DNA of 63,944 bases, the filler included, from Octopus bimaculoides (lineage: Eukaryota): assembly GCF_001194135.2 (NCBI RefSeq). It is 8 parts of 8 records of this genome, joined end to end, with 100 filler letters (N's around TTAATTAATTAA, not from the genome) between each part and the next. Parts side by side here need not be neighbours in the genome. Positions count along the whole stretch, not along the records: positions 10,429 to 20,228 come from NW_026307057.1; positions 20,329 to 29,642 come from NC_068987.1; 6 more parts are not named here. One strand, 5' to 3'. Positions 12,941 to 24,803 of the stretch are shown here, in pieces (position 1 is the first letter of the stretch; every line of letters begins with the position of its first letter). The notes below the pieces were generated by a model. It had not been told where the DNA came from and searched no databases. It worked only from the letters and a program-made list of their open reading frames with translations. The position numbers were made by a program, and so were the translations under genes.

Positions 12941-13331
12941 TTGCTTTTATTCACCTTACTTCGAGTTGTGCGGATAATACAGGACTGACTTGGTGCTTAA
13001 AATTAAGTACCTAATTCAACTGAATCTCAATTTTATATATNNNNNNNNNNNNNNNNNNNNNNNNNNNNNNNNNNNNNNNNNNNNNNNNNNNNNNNNNNNN
13101 NNNNNNNNNNNNNNNNNNNNNNNNNNNNNNNNNNNNNNNNNNNNNNNNNNNNNNNNNNNNNNNNNNNNNNNNNNNNNNNNNNNNNNNNNNNNNNNNNNNN
13201 NNNNNNNNNNNNNNNNNNNNNNNNNNNNNNNNNNNNNNNNNNNNNNNNNNNNNNNNNNNNNNNNNNNNNNNNNNNNNNNNNNNNNNNNNNNNNNNNNNNN
13301 NNNNNNNNNNNNNNNNNNNNNNNNNNNNNNN

Positions 13332-13818
13332 CTACCCTGTCTATGATGTAGCGCATCAGATGGAAGTTGTCATGGATACTCCTACCCGGGACGGCGCACG
13401 CTTGCGCCTTGTCGACTAGTTTCTCGATGACAAGCGCCAACCTCTCGGCTAACACCTTGGCCAAAATTTTCAAATCTGCGTTGAGTAGAGTGATGGGCCT
13501 GAAGTTATCTATGACGTTCCCCTTGTTTGGATCTTTCTTTAGCAGTGCCACCGCTCCTCGCTTTAGAAAGACGGGGATACTCCCGTTTTGCTGCCAGTTG
13601 CAGTAGACAGCTGCCAAGACGCCTCCAAACAAGTCTGGCATATGACAATAAAGTTCGTAGGGCAGACCATCCAAGCCTGGTGACTTATCTCTCGCGCAGC
13701 CTGCCATCGCATCCCGTACGTCTTTCACAACACTCCGCATCTCTTGCTGGAAGTCGTGGCAGGTCATGCACGTAGGCACTAAAGTCCACTCGGCGTTCTG
13801 ACCCACCAGCTGTCCCAT
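13332..13818 (-). mobile_element. L1/Tx1-clade LINE reverse transcriptase fragment
   Basis: KSPGLDGLPYELY, NFRPITLLNADLKILAKVLAERL, QACAVPGRSIHDN; runs into a gap. Confidence 0.9.
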
Positions 13819-14017
13819 TTATTTCTAGAAATAAAATATTATTTGATGCTTTTAAATACTTAATCTAGGATTTAGTAGACATGCCTTATACATAAATACA
13901 TCAACAAGTTTGAAGCACCAAACAATATCTGCACAGAGAAAACAGTTTAATGAGAGGTGTCTATTTTTTTTTGTAAGGTGTGTGTGCGTGTCTGGTTATT
14001 TCTCTCTCCCCATATAT

Positions 14018-14078
<61 letters not shown>

Positions 14079-15003
14079 CTTTATTGACCTGAGTGCGTGT
14101 AACTGTGTGCGTGTGTGTATAGTTGTATCTTTGGTATATAAGCGAAGGACATATACATGGGTGAGAAACCGCAAAAGCCATAATTCTCCCGTCACTGCTG
14201 GTTGTCAGGAACTCAATGAAGCAGAGACTCTCTCCCGTGGGAAACATCTTACGTACGACGCTCTTGTTTACAAATTCTCATATAAATATATAAAACGTAT
14301 ATGCATGAGTGTGTGTGTGTGTGTGTGTGCACTGCGTCTGGTCACTCAAGTACTACTGGTAGCGTGTAACCCAGTACGACCTGTAGCATGGTCCAGCCAC
14401 TGAGCGGGCCATGCTACAAAGCCTACTCGGTAAGGAAAGTGGTTTTCGTTGGACACTCTACGGAAGGGAAAACCCAATCTATTAAAGAGCGAATGACTTG
14501 AATAGAGTTAACACCCATCCAACAGCTGGCAGTGAAAGAACCCTATTCTTCGTTTAGACATTTCTCTTGGAGAAGGAAAAAATCCTGATGTATCACTTGG
14601 CTTCATTTGCATCCAATGATATAGACGAGACCATTGAATATGCTGCTTCGAGAGCGGGATTAACTCTGTCCAAATGATTCTCGGCATCATTTGATTTTTA
14701 ACATCTCTCTTAAGCTTTTCATAATATGTCTGGACATGACCGAAGAAAAACAAAACAATCGATGAAAGATTTCATGATGAAATGAAGGCATGTGTCAATG
14801 AGGGCGGTCTCTCTCGGAACGCCTGCTGCGTGAGGTACCCATCGTTGTCACATCCGTGTAAGAGCTTAGAAACAGGGCTGGAAAGTCACGTCCATGCTGC
14901 TTTAAGAGAAATTGAGTTCCATCCATCCATATATATATATATGATAAACTTAGTCATGATCTGATTTGTGCGCGCGCGCGGGTGTGTACATACGTGTGTG
15001 TGC

Positions 15004-15040
<37 letters not shown>

Positions 15041-15381
15041 TTTCTATATATAAAATTCGTGAGGGTGCCTTTATGAGATAGAGTTCATTCCCTACTAAGA
15101 TCGATCAGTTTCGTAGGGCCCCTTACGTAGCTCACTAAACACTGCACTCAACACGTCATTGTCGATTTGCACCTCCGGCACCAACCCCGTTGTTAATGCC
15201 GTGTATTTAATGAATATATTATATTGGCTACAAGCATAAGCCAATGTAAGTAAAACTGTGACAGGGAAAAGAGGAAAAGAAGGTTTTTCGCCTGCTTGTT
15301 GTGGAATAGCCTCAGGTCAGCTGTGAGCAGCCAGACGTTCAACAGGCACGGAGGGTGTACAGCGGATAGGCATCAGCGTAC

Positions 15382-15422
<41 letters not shown>

Positions 15423-15632
15423 AATGATATATGAGCATATGCATGTATGCATACATATATGTACATACCTACATCTACATGTGTATAAAGGTGCATATCC
15501 GGGTTGCAGGTTGTCAAACTAGGTCGGAGAAAGGAGTGGAATATGGAACTAATCTGCTGCACATTTTGGTAACGTGTCACGACGTCCGGACTCACTGTTT
15601 GGACTGTGTACAAACACACAAATATAATATGA

Positions 15633-15702
<70 letters not shown>

Positions 15703-15771
15703 TTCGGTGCCCCAGCAGAGCCACATATATGTATGTTGAAACATATAAAAGTGTAAAAGACAATATATATA

Positions 15772-15930
15772 CAAAGTCCGCTCAAAAAATGTATAGGCAA
15801 CTCAGGAAAGGAAAAAAACTGTTTTAAAGCATGGAAGGAAGTATCTATATATATAGAGGTACTTTTACAAGTTAAATATTTATACAGATTTTTCATTTCT
15901 AAAGTGTGCATACATTTTTGGCGGACTCTG
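15772..15930. mobile_element. Tc1/mariner-type MITE
   Basis: Left TA-CAAAGTCCGCTCAAAAAATGTAT versus reverse complement of right end CAGAGTCCGCCAAAAATGTAT. Confidence 0.7.
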
Positions 15931-16164
15931 TGTATACACACACACATACATATATATATACACATATATACATATATATATATACACACATATACATATA
16001 AATATATATACACACATATACATATAAATATATATACACACACACATATATATATACATACATATACATATATATATATATACACACACGCATACATATC
16101 TATACACATACATATATACATATGCATACATACATATACACATAAATCTATACTTTACATTTGT

Positions 16165-16455
16165 GTCTTCATTTATGGCGATGGCAAGCGTTGCTTTCCC
16201 AATTGACGTCACATACTCAACGAGGACTTCAGAAAATTCTTAAATCGTAGTCTTGGTGTTTGCAGGCGGAACATTCCACAAACAGGTATGAGGAACTTGT
16301 CCAGTCCGAAGTAAACGGTGCTTCGGCACCACTGCCGTAATGCTTAGGAGGTCAGCTCCCATCAAGTCTTCTGTGTCTGGAGTTCGCAAGGATCAACTAA
16401 CATTCAGAATGTGTCTGAGACTCTCTGATGGAAGCGTTCAACGACCCCTGCGTGG
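16165..16455 (-). mobile_element. Degenerate RTE-clade LINE ORF2 C-terminal fragment
   Basis: Frameshifted ERFHQR(C)LRHIL..W.LRTPDTE..LLSITA..KHRL, then NWESNA..RHK; matches the recalled RTE post-RT pattern. Confidence 0.6.
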
Positions 16456-16477
16456 TACACACACACACACACTTTTT

Positions 16478-16640
16478 TTTAAGAAAAATTATATTAATGT
16501 GTCCTACTTGTTAAAATTCCATTTATTTATTTGTGCAGCTGAAGATGGCACCACATTTAAATTGATGTAATGATAGCATTGTTCAATTAAATGGAGTCGC
16601 TTGAAACAGTAGTACTGCATCACTACTCGATATCCTGTTG
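16478..16640 (+). repeat. Unclassified dispersed repeat, copy 2
   Basis: See 12770-12940. Confidence 0.85.
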
Positions 16641-16694
<54 letters not shown>

Positions 16695-16923
16695 GAACAT
16701 TTATTTATATTAGCCGTGATAAATACATGCATATATATGATTTTACTTATTCCCGCAATTACACACACACAAATGTATATTTTATTCAAACACACGCATA
16801 CCACGAGTAAGTGAAGAAATGAAAGAAAGTAGCACACAACACTTTGATTTCGAGTTATTTTTATTTGTTAGAATTAGAGTTATCTATATTAGTTTTGACT
16901 CAAACCGCATTACATAAAACTCC

Positions 16924-16981
16924 GTGACATCTGATGAGATGGACGTGTTCTTCGCCCACGAAACTGTAAGCATCATGACAC
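16924..16981 (+). ncRNA. Type I hammerhead ribozyme-like motif, decayed
   Basis: GTGACAT-CTGATGA-GATGGACG-TGTTCTT-CGCCCAC-GAAAC-TGTAAGC-ATC-ATGACAC; stem I 6/7 pairs, stem II 6 pairs with one bulge and one mismatch. Confidence 0.55.
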
Positions 16982-17203
16982 TGGGTCAAACAGTTGATAT
17001 AATGTATGAGGGTGTGTATGGGTGTGTGTTTGCATGTGTATGGATGTGAATCTATGTTTGTGTGTGTTTATAGGTTTATCTGCTCCAAGATCCTCCATTG
17101 AAAACGATACACACACACACACATGTATATATACAGACATATAACCGTCTCACCCATACCAGCATAGTAAAAAAGAATTTAAATAACATTACTTGCATAC
17201 ATA

Positions 17204-17320
17204 TATATAAACACACACACTATACACACATATATAAACACACACACTACACACACATTTATAAACACACACACTACACACACATATATAAACACACACA
17301 CTACACACACATATATAACA
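17204..17320. repeat. 27-bp minisatellite, about 4 copies
   Basis: ATATAAACACACACACTACACACACAT units. Confidence 0.8.
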
Positions 17321-17409
17321 TAAACCCACACACACGTATGTATGTATGTATGTATGTATGTATGTATGTATGTATGTATGTATGAGTTCTGTTAGTTTTG
17401 CTAGAGTAG

Positions 17410-17530
17410 TAGAGAGTTATCAGCGAGAAGCGAGAAGCGAGAGCGGTGCGTCTGTTTGTAGAGGCAGGCTTTAAGTGGGCGGGGCTGTCAGCGAAGTATC
17501 TGCCATATCAAACGGCCATTTGTTCACTTA
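17410..17530. promoter_or_regulatory. Possible promoter: CpG-rich patch with GC box
   Basis: GGGCGGGGC at 17477-17485, nearby GGCCATTTG (YY1-like), locally high CpG. Motif evidence only. Confidence 0.25.
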
Positions 17531-17697
17531 CAATAGATTAAACAAAATAAATACCACACTTTAATACGACTGTCGGTGGTGGTGGTGGAGGATTTATCTG
17601 TTCATTCTGTTACATCCAAATACGGATGCAATCTACCTCTCCATTTCTTTATGATACACACACACACACACGCATATATAGGTATGTATGTATGTAT

Positions 17698-17733
<36 letters not shown>

Positions 17734-19344
17734 NNNNNNNNNNNNNNNNNNNNNNNNNNNNNNNNNNNNNNNNNNNNNNNNNNNNNNNNNNNNNNNNNNN
17801 NNNNNNNNNNNNNNNNNNNNNNNNNNNNNNNNNNNNNNNNNNNNNNNNNNNNNNNNNNNNNNNNNNNNNNNNNNNNNNNNNNNNNNNNNNNNNNNNNNNN
17901 NNNNNNNNNNNNNNNNNNNNNNNNNNNNNNNNNNNNNNNNNNNNNNNNNNNNNNNNNNNNNNNNNNNNNNNNNAACGGTTTTTTGTTATATTTCTGCTGC
18001 TTTTAAATAAAGCATATTACTCTACCTCTGGTATTTGAGTACTCTTTTTTCCACCTTGTTGCACATTTCATGTGCTTACTCCGGTATATATATATATATA
18101 TATATATTGAATGTATGTATGTATGTATGTGGTATGCATATATGTACGTGTGTATTAATGAATAAATGTATGTATATGTGTGTGCATGAATGTATGTATG
18201 TGCGAATATATATGTAAGAAAGTCTGTGTGTCTGCATTCATACATACATAATGTGCGTATGGGCGCAATTTTATCTCCTTAATTAACTTCTCCGCTTAAT
18301 TGTTTCATCTTTGTCTTCGTGCATGTTGTTGTTGAAATGGTAGGGGTGTTGGAAGAGGTGATGGTTATTTTAAGGATGGGGTTGGTGGTGGTGGTCGTGG
18401 CGGCATAGGTTATTGCTGTTGTTGGTGGTGCTGATGTTGATCTTGTTGCTGTTGTTGTTGCGGGTAATGTTGTTGCCCTTGAAGATGTTCGTGGGTGGGG
18501 GAAATGGTTGGTGGTGTAGGAGGATGTGTGTTTCATTTTCAATCGATGCAACTGAAAAATTTGACAATATCAAGAAAAAATTTCTTTGGTGAAGAGAAAA
18601 AAAACAAAACTTCTTATGCACACACACAATATGCGTGTGTGTGTAAGATGTGTGTGNNNNNNNNNNNNNNNNNNNNNNNNNNNNNNNNNNNNNNNNNNNN
18701 NNNNNNNNNNNNNNNNNNNNNNNNNNNNNNNNNNNNNNNNNNNNNNNNNNNNNNNNNNNNNNNNNNNNNNNNNNNNNNNNNNNNNNNNNNNNNNNNNNNN
18801 NNNNNNNNNNNNNNNNNNNNNNNNNNNNNNNNNNNNNNNNNNNNNNNNNNNNNNNNNNNNNNNNNNNNNNNNNNNNNNNNNNNNNNNNNNNNNNNNNNNN
18901 NNNNNNNNNNNNNNNNNNNNNNNNNNNNNNNNNNNNNNNNNNNNNNNNNNNNNNNNNNNNNNNNNNNNNNNNNNNNNNNNNNNNNNNNNNNNNNNNNNNN
19001 NNNNNNNNNNNNNNNNNNNNNNNNNNNNNNNNNNNNNNNNNNNNNNNNNNNNNNNNNNNNNNNNNNNNNNNNNNNNNNNNNNNNNNNNNNNNNNNNNNNN
19101 NNNNNNNNNNNNNNNNNNNNNNNNNNNNNNNNNNNNNNNNNNNNNNNNNNNNNNNNNNNNNNNNNNNNNNNNNNNNNNNNNNNNNNNNNNNNNNNNNNNN
19201 NNNNNNNNNNNNNNNNNNNNNNNNNNNNNNNNNNNNNNNNNNNNNNNNNNNNNNNNNNNNNNNNNNNNNNNNNNNNNNNNNNNNNNNNNNNNNNNNNNNN
19301 NNNNNNNNNNNNNNNNNNNNNNNTATATATAAACACACGTTATA

Positions 19345-19542
19345 CAGTAATCTCTCAACTATCGCGATAGGTGAAAATCCGCGAAGTAGAAACAGTACTG
19401 TACTGTATATATCTTTATATTATTTTTGTAATTTGTATATATCTTATTTTATTATAAAGGCAAAACAACACCACGGAGGAATCGACGTAAGCTTAAATAA
19501 TAAACCACGATAGGTGAACCGCGATATGGCGAGGGATTACTG
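19345..19542. mobile_element. pogo/Tigger-type MITE, internally deleted near one end
   Basis: TA-CAGTAATCTCTC..GAGGGATTACTG-TA; inverted homolog of 10636-10849. Confidence 0.85.
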
Positions 19543-20151
19543 TATATGTGTGTATATGTATGCATACATACCACACACACACACACGCATACACATATAT
19601 ACGACGGGCTTCTTTTAGTTTCCGTCTACCAAACCCATTGACAAGGATATGGTCGGCCCGACAGGAGCATATCTCTTTATTTCCATAAATTTACCATTCA
19701 CAAACTCAGTTTTGCTAATAGGGATACTCGCGAAAATCAAAGTTCAGCACTACTATACAGACTTACACTTTACACCCGATATTGAGTACTTTTTCTTCTT
19801 ATATGTGCAATCAAACGGATACACACACCCAGACGCACTTACGGTAACACACTCATGTACATATGTGCGGATGGATGGATGGATGGTTGGATGGATGGAT
19901 CTTAGTTTGGGGAAACAAATAGAACGAAAAGAACTCGAGTCACTTTTGTAATATTTCTGTTGATATCTATACAACCATGCAGACATAGATAGATAGATAG
20001 ATAGAAAAAATTAGAGGAACTTGTTATCACATAAAAAGCAAGAAAAAAGAAATACATTATTCCAAGTATTTTGCCTTTCCTTTATCAATAAAATTACTAA
20101 CTATACCGAGGTATAATCAGTAATATTATCATTGTAATAATAGTTGGATCT

Positions 20152-20228
20152 AAGGGGGCGAGCTGGCAGAGACGTTAATAGTACGTCGGGCGAAATGCTT
20201 AGCGGTATTTCGTCTGTCTTTACGTTCT
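20152..20228 (+). mobile_element. SINE family B head, cut by a gap
   Basis: GGCGAGCTGGCAGA..GGGCGAAATGCTTAGCGGTATTTCG; partial copies also at 3515-3568- and 9768-9890-. Confidence 0.85.
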
Positions 20229-20576
20229 NNNNNNNNNNNNNNNNNNNNNNNNNNNNNNNNNNNNNNNNNNNNTTAATTAATTAANNNNNNNNNNNNNNNN
20301 NNNNNNNNNNNNNNNNNNNNNNNNNNNNGTGCTATTGTCAAAGAAATCAGCATATATTATAGATACTAGCAGTAAAACACGTCCTTGATCGAGCAATTAC
20401 TTTTATTGTTTATCGGGAGCCACATTGCAAGTATTATCATATGTATAATTTACTCCTCCCTTATGCGTGTATTTTTAGAAGAGAAAACCTTGTATCCGTA
20501 TGTATGTATGTATGTATGTATGTATGTATGTATGTATGTATGTATGTATGTATGCGTATACGTATGTATATATTGA

Positions 20577-20790
20577 GTGGAAGTAGATGTTTTCAAGAAA
20601 CAACTTGACCTCTTGCTATCCAATATACCAGATGAACTAATATCAAGGCAGGAAACTCAAAAGAGGGCAGTGGTAATGAACTCCCACCTTCACCAAATCC
20701 AATCCTATAAAATTGGCCAATTAAAAAGATGGTTACAATGGCAGTGCCCCAGCATGGCCTCAGCCTCGAATCTGAAACATATACCAGAAT
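20577..20790 (+). mobile_element. 3' end of a CR1/L2-like LINE (ORF2 C-terminus + tail)
   Basis: VDVFKKQLDLLLSNIPDE..NSHLHQI followed by GGCAGTGCCCCAGCATGGCCTCAG..CTGAAACA, the tail also carried by SINE A. Confidence 0.6.
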
Positions 20791-21179
20791 AATATTTGAA
20801 GTAGAAGACATATCAATATCATACATGAAGCGTATGATGTTACCCATCATACTCGTCCGCTTCGCTGAAAGGCCTCATTTATTCTGTCTTCGTCAGTTCT
20901 TTTAAATTACATTTCTTTACTTTCATGCCTCCACATTGTATCGTTTTGTTTGATCGAGCCCTAATTCCGCTCAAATTTTGCGGGTTCCGCCAATATACTA
21001 AGTTCTCAGTCTTATCGTTAAAGGAATGAAGCTGAGTACTAGTATTTTGGTTGATAACTGCTGAAGAATTTAGGTCCTGCTTTGTCTGTCCTACGTGTAC
21101 GTTTTCTTGTATCTAATGCAGTTTTCATTTATTTAGTAACTGAACGCCACACATCCCGCCTTTTGTTAACAGTAAGTTG

Positions 21180-21289
<110 letters not shown>

Positions 21290-23122
21290 GTATATATGTA
21301 GATAGATAGATAGATAAATATAGACATATATATTTATATATGTGTGTATATATATGCATATATATATGTATGTATATATATGTATATATACATATACATA
21401 TACGATGTAGCTAGCCATACCTTCGGATCATAATGAAATGCTTGAACGGTTACCTCCTGGATATATTATCTTTATCTGGTTCGTATACACATGCGCATCG
21501 AAAACCTTATTATTTTCCGTCGAGCACTTACTTTCCCCAATATAAGATTATTTTCTTTAGTCAATACACGTTGGTCATTTATAAGCCTTAAAGCATATAC
21601 ATATTACTTACAGAAATGTCACTCCTCAGATTTGGATATGTGTGTGTTTGTTTGTGTGTGGGGTGTATTGTTAGAAGTAGAACCACGGCTAAACTGAATA
21701 TTTAGATAACAGGTTTTAAACAAAATGTTCTGTCTTTGTGCATAACTAAATAAATGCAAACGTCAGCACGGAATAATATTGCAGTATTTCTTTACGATGT
21801 TAACTTTTCTAAGACAGAAACACTTCCCTGAAGACAGATTCATATATATTAAGCAATCTTAGAAAACATTTCTCCGAGTATTTCTTTTGGGGTTCTACAA
21901 AAAATAGCGATTTAACCGCTCTGAAATCGTCTGTTATAGGCAAAATCTATCCATTTGTTTGGTCCTGCTGGTAATTGGTAAATCAAATGCTTTAAACGCA
22001 TAGAAATTACAATTTCTCCTCTTTTCAATTTTCGTAGTTTACATTTACTGTTTTTAGTGTATTTTAGTTTTGTTTTGTTTATTTCATTTCTTTATTTTGT
22101 AACTTTACCTTTGGCTGCGTATTTATAAAGTAAATATAACTAAATATGAATATAACAATTATTTTACTGCAGGCACTTCTAGATCACTAATGTTCTTTAT
22201 TTATATTGGTTGGTCTTCTATCTGTTTGGTCGTTTATTTTTCTATTACCAGTAACTTTTCATTACTTTGTTACAAAAGTTGTCAAATAAATATACAGCGT
22301 AAACACAAAAATGTTAATCGCTATTATGGAGAATTGTTGGATATAAGTTGTCTTGCAGCTAATAAAGCGAACGCAATCGCGAAGCAGTTGCACACGCATA
22401 TTGACAATCGTGCGCAAGTGACAGTTGTCAAATTGACTGAGAATCTGTTATTTATTTCAAGAATTTGACAAAAAGGCCAAGACGGTGAGGTGCAGTGCAA
22501 CTCTCAGATGATTATAAACAGAGAATGTTAAAACGTGACTGAGGGAGAATAGAGAAAGGGAGAGAAAGTGAGTGAGAGAAGGAGGTGAAGACAATGAGCA
22601 TTTATTGGGGCTTCAAAAGGATCTTATTCTTGTTGCTGATAAAGGCCGCAGGTCAGTTCTGAATAAATAGACCTATGGATTAAAGGCAGTCTAAACAGTG
22701 ATCATATTCCGTTTTTTCCCTCTTATGTGTTATTATTTAAAAATAAACAACTTAGTTCTCATTTGAGCTTCACAATTTGGTACAAAATTAGTAAGACCTT
22801 ACTACACTCCTGAAATTATTATACGGCATACGTGAATCAACCTAACAAATATGAATAACAGGGAAACGTTTTTTGGTTTTGGGGGGACATTTTACTAATT
22901 AAGGGCAATGTGACAATCACAAATCAGGACATGGAACACAAGAAAGCGTACGTAATCAAACGAGTAGTTAGATGCTACATTTTACCATCCATTTCATATT
23001 ATAAAACCTCATTGCATATGTTAAAGCATAACAGGTCCGCCAAAAATATGTATACACACTTCAGGAAAAGTAAAACTGCATAAATATTTGTCTTGTACTT
23101 TTTTTAACTTGTTCCAGTCATT

Positions 23123-24330
23123 ATAGATGATATTGGTAGAAGTGGAAGTGAAGGAGTCGGTAATGTGATAGGGTCGATGATGGGTACCGAGGAGGAGGGT
23201 GGTGTTGGAGAGGTAAGGGCAAGTGCCGCAGCGTGGGCGCGAGGAAGAGGAACGAGCCAGGCTGGGAGGTTGGGTTGGGGAGGAAGCTGTGGACCAAGAG
23301 GTCGCGTAGGTTGTGGGCTCGTTTGAGGGAGGGGAGGGGTCAGTTAGGGAGGATGTGTGAGGTAGAGGGGCGGAATGGAGACGCCAGAAAGCTCGGAGAA
23401 TGGTGCGTTGGAGAGGTAAAGTGGTGGGGTGGTAGGTGAGGGGAAAAGGGAGGCAGGAGACGGCAGGGCGTGTTCGGGAGCAGAAAGCAGATGCATGGTC
23501 CACAGAACGTGCTCTGGCATGGGCGGTGGGGATAGTGGCGAGGGGATATCCACGTAGGATGAAGTGGCAAGCCATAAGTTGAGACTGAGTCGCAAAGTCA
23601 TGGTCGTCACTACAGAGTCTGCATAGACGGAGGAATTGAGAATAGGTGATGGAAAGCTTGGTGTGTTTAGGGTGGGAGGATAAGTTGAGGTATGAGTGTG
23701 AGTCTGTGTGTTTGTAGTGGATGGAGGTGTTAAAAGTGGATGGATGAATGCTGACTGAAGTGTCAAGAAAGTAGACAGAGGTTTCAGAGATAGTGCAGGA
23801 GAAGTGGAGGGCAGGATGGTAAGTTTTGACAAAAGAAAGTAAGAATTCTAGATGTTCCCGGGAGAGTGAAGTTGCACCGATACAGTCGTCAATATAACGG
23901 CCATATAGTTCGGGATTGGGACCAGTGAAACTTGAAAATATTTGGGCCTCAACATAGCCAACGAACTGGTTCACATAGTTAGGGCCCATTCTCGTTCTCA
24001 TGGCCACTCCCGAGCAATGCTGGTAGAAATCGCCCGTGAACGAGAAGCGGTTGAGTGAGAGGACAAGTTCGGCCAGACGAACGAGTGTGGAGGTGTCGGG
24101 TTGGGGGTTGGGTTTCAGGTCAAGGAAATGTTTGACTGCACGCAGCTCATCGTGGTGAGTGATCACCGTGTAAAGGCTCTGGATGTCGAGAGTAAAGAGA
24201 AGTTTAGAGCGGCCAGGGGGGATGGAGAAAGAGTTGAACAAGCGAAGCGCGTGGTTGGTGTCATGGATGTGAGAAGGGAGAGAAGCCACTAGGAGGGGGG
24301 GGGCAAGGACTCGGTCAAGATATTTGGAGA
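23123..24330 (-). mobile_element. Penelope-like element: RT domain + start of GIY-YIG region
   Basis: LFTLDIQSLYT, GVAMRTRMGP, GRYIDDCIG, FLDTSV, DSHSYL, YSQFLRL, RCGTCPY..FTSTSTNIIY; truncated at both ends, with motif substitutions and an out-of-frame stretch. Confidence 0.92.
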
Positions 24331-24335
24331 ATTTA

Positions 24336-24803
24336 GGGTATCTAAGATATACCACCATGCTTGAAATAGCTGTCAAACTTTGACTNNNNNNNNNNNNNNN
24401 NNNNNNNNNNNNNNNNNNNNNNNNNNNNNNNNNNNNNNNNNNNNNNNNNNNNNNNNNNNNNNNNNNNNNNNNNNNNNNNNNNNNNNNNNNNNNNNNNNNN
24501 NNNNNNNNNNNNNNNNNNNNNNNNNNNNNNNNNNNNNNNNNNNNNNNNNNNNNNNNNNNNNNNNNNNNNNNNNNNNNNNNNNNNNNNNNNNNNNNNNNNN
24601 NNNNNNNNNNNNNNNNNNNNNNNNNNNNNNNNNNNNNNNNNNNNNNNNNNNNNNNNNNNNNNNNNNNNNNNNNNNNNNNNNNNNNNNNNNNNNNNNNNNN
24701 NNNNATATATATATATATACATCAATAGGAATACCTACATATACGAAAGTATACATACATATATATACACGTATGCACACGACCAGTTTAAATTTAGATA
24801 CCC
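24336..24803. mobile_element. Candidate MITE with short TIRs (interior mostly gap)
   Basis: Perfect 16-bp inverted repeat AATTTAGGGTATCTAA (24330-24345) / TTAGATACCCTAAATT (24794-24809). Confidence 0.45.

Noticed and set aside
16267-16286. 20-nt plus-strand micro-exon (TTTGCAG|..CAG|GTATGA)
   Set aside because: Lies inside an antisense RTE fragment; chance splice signals are likely.
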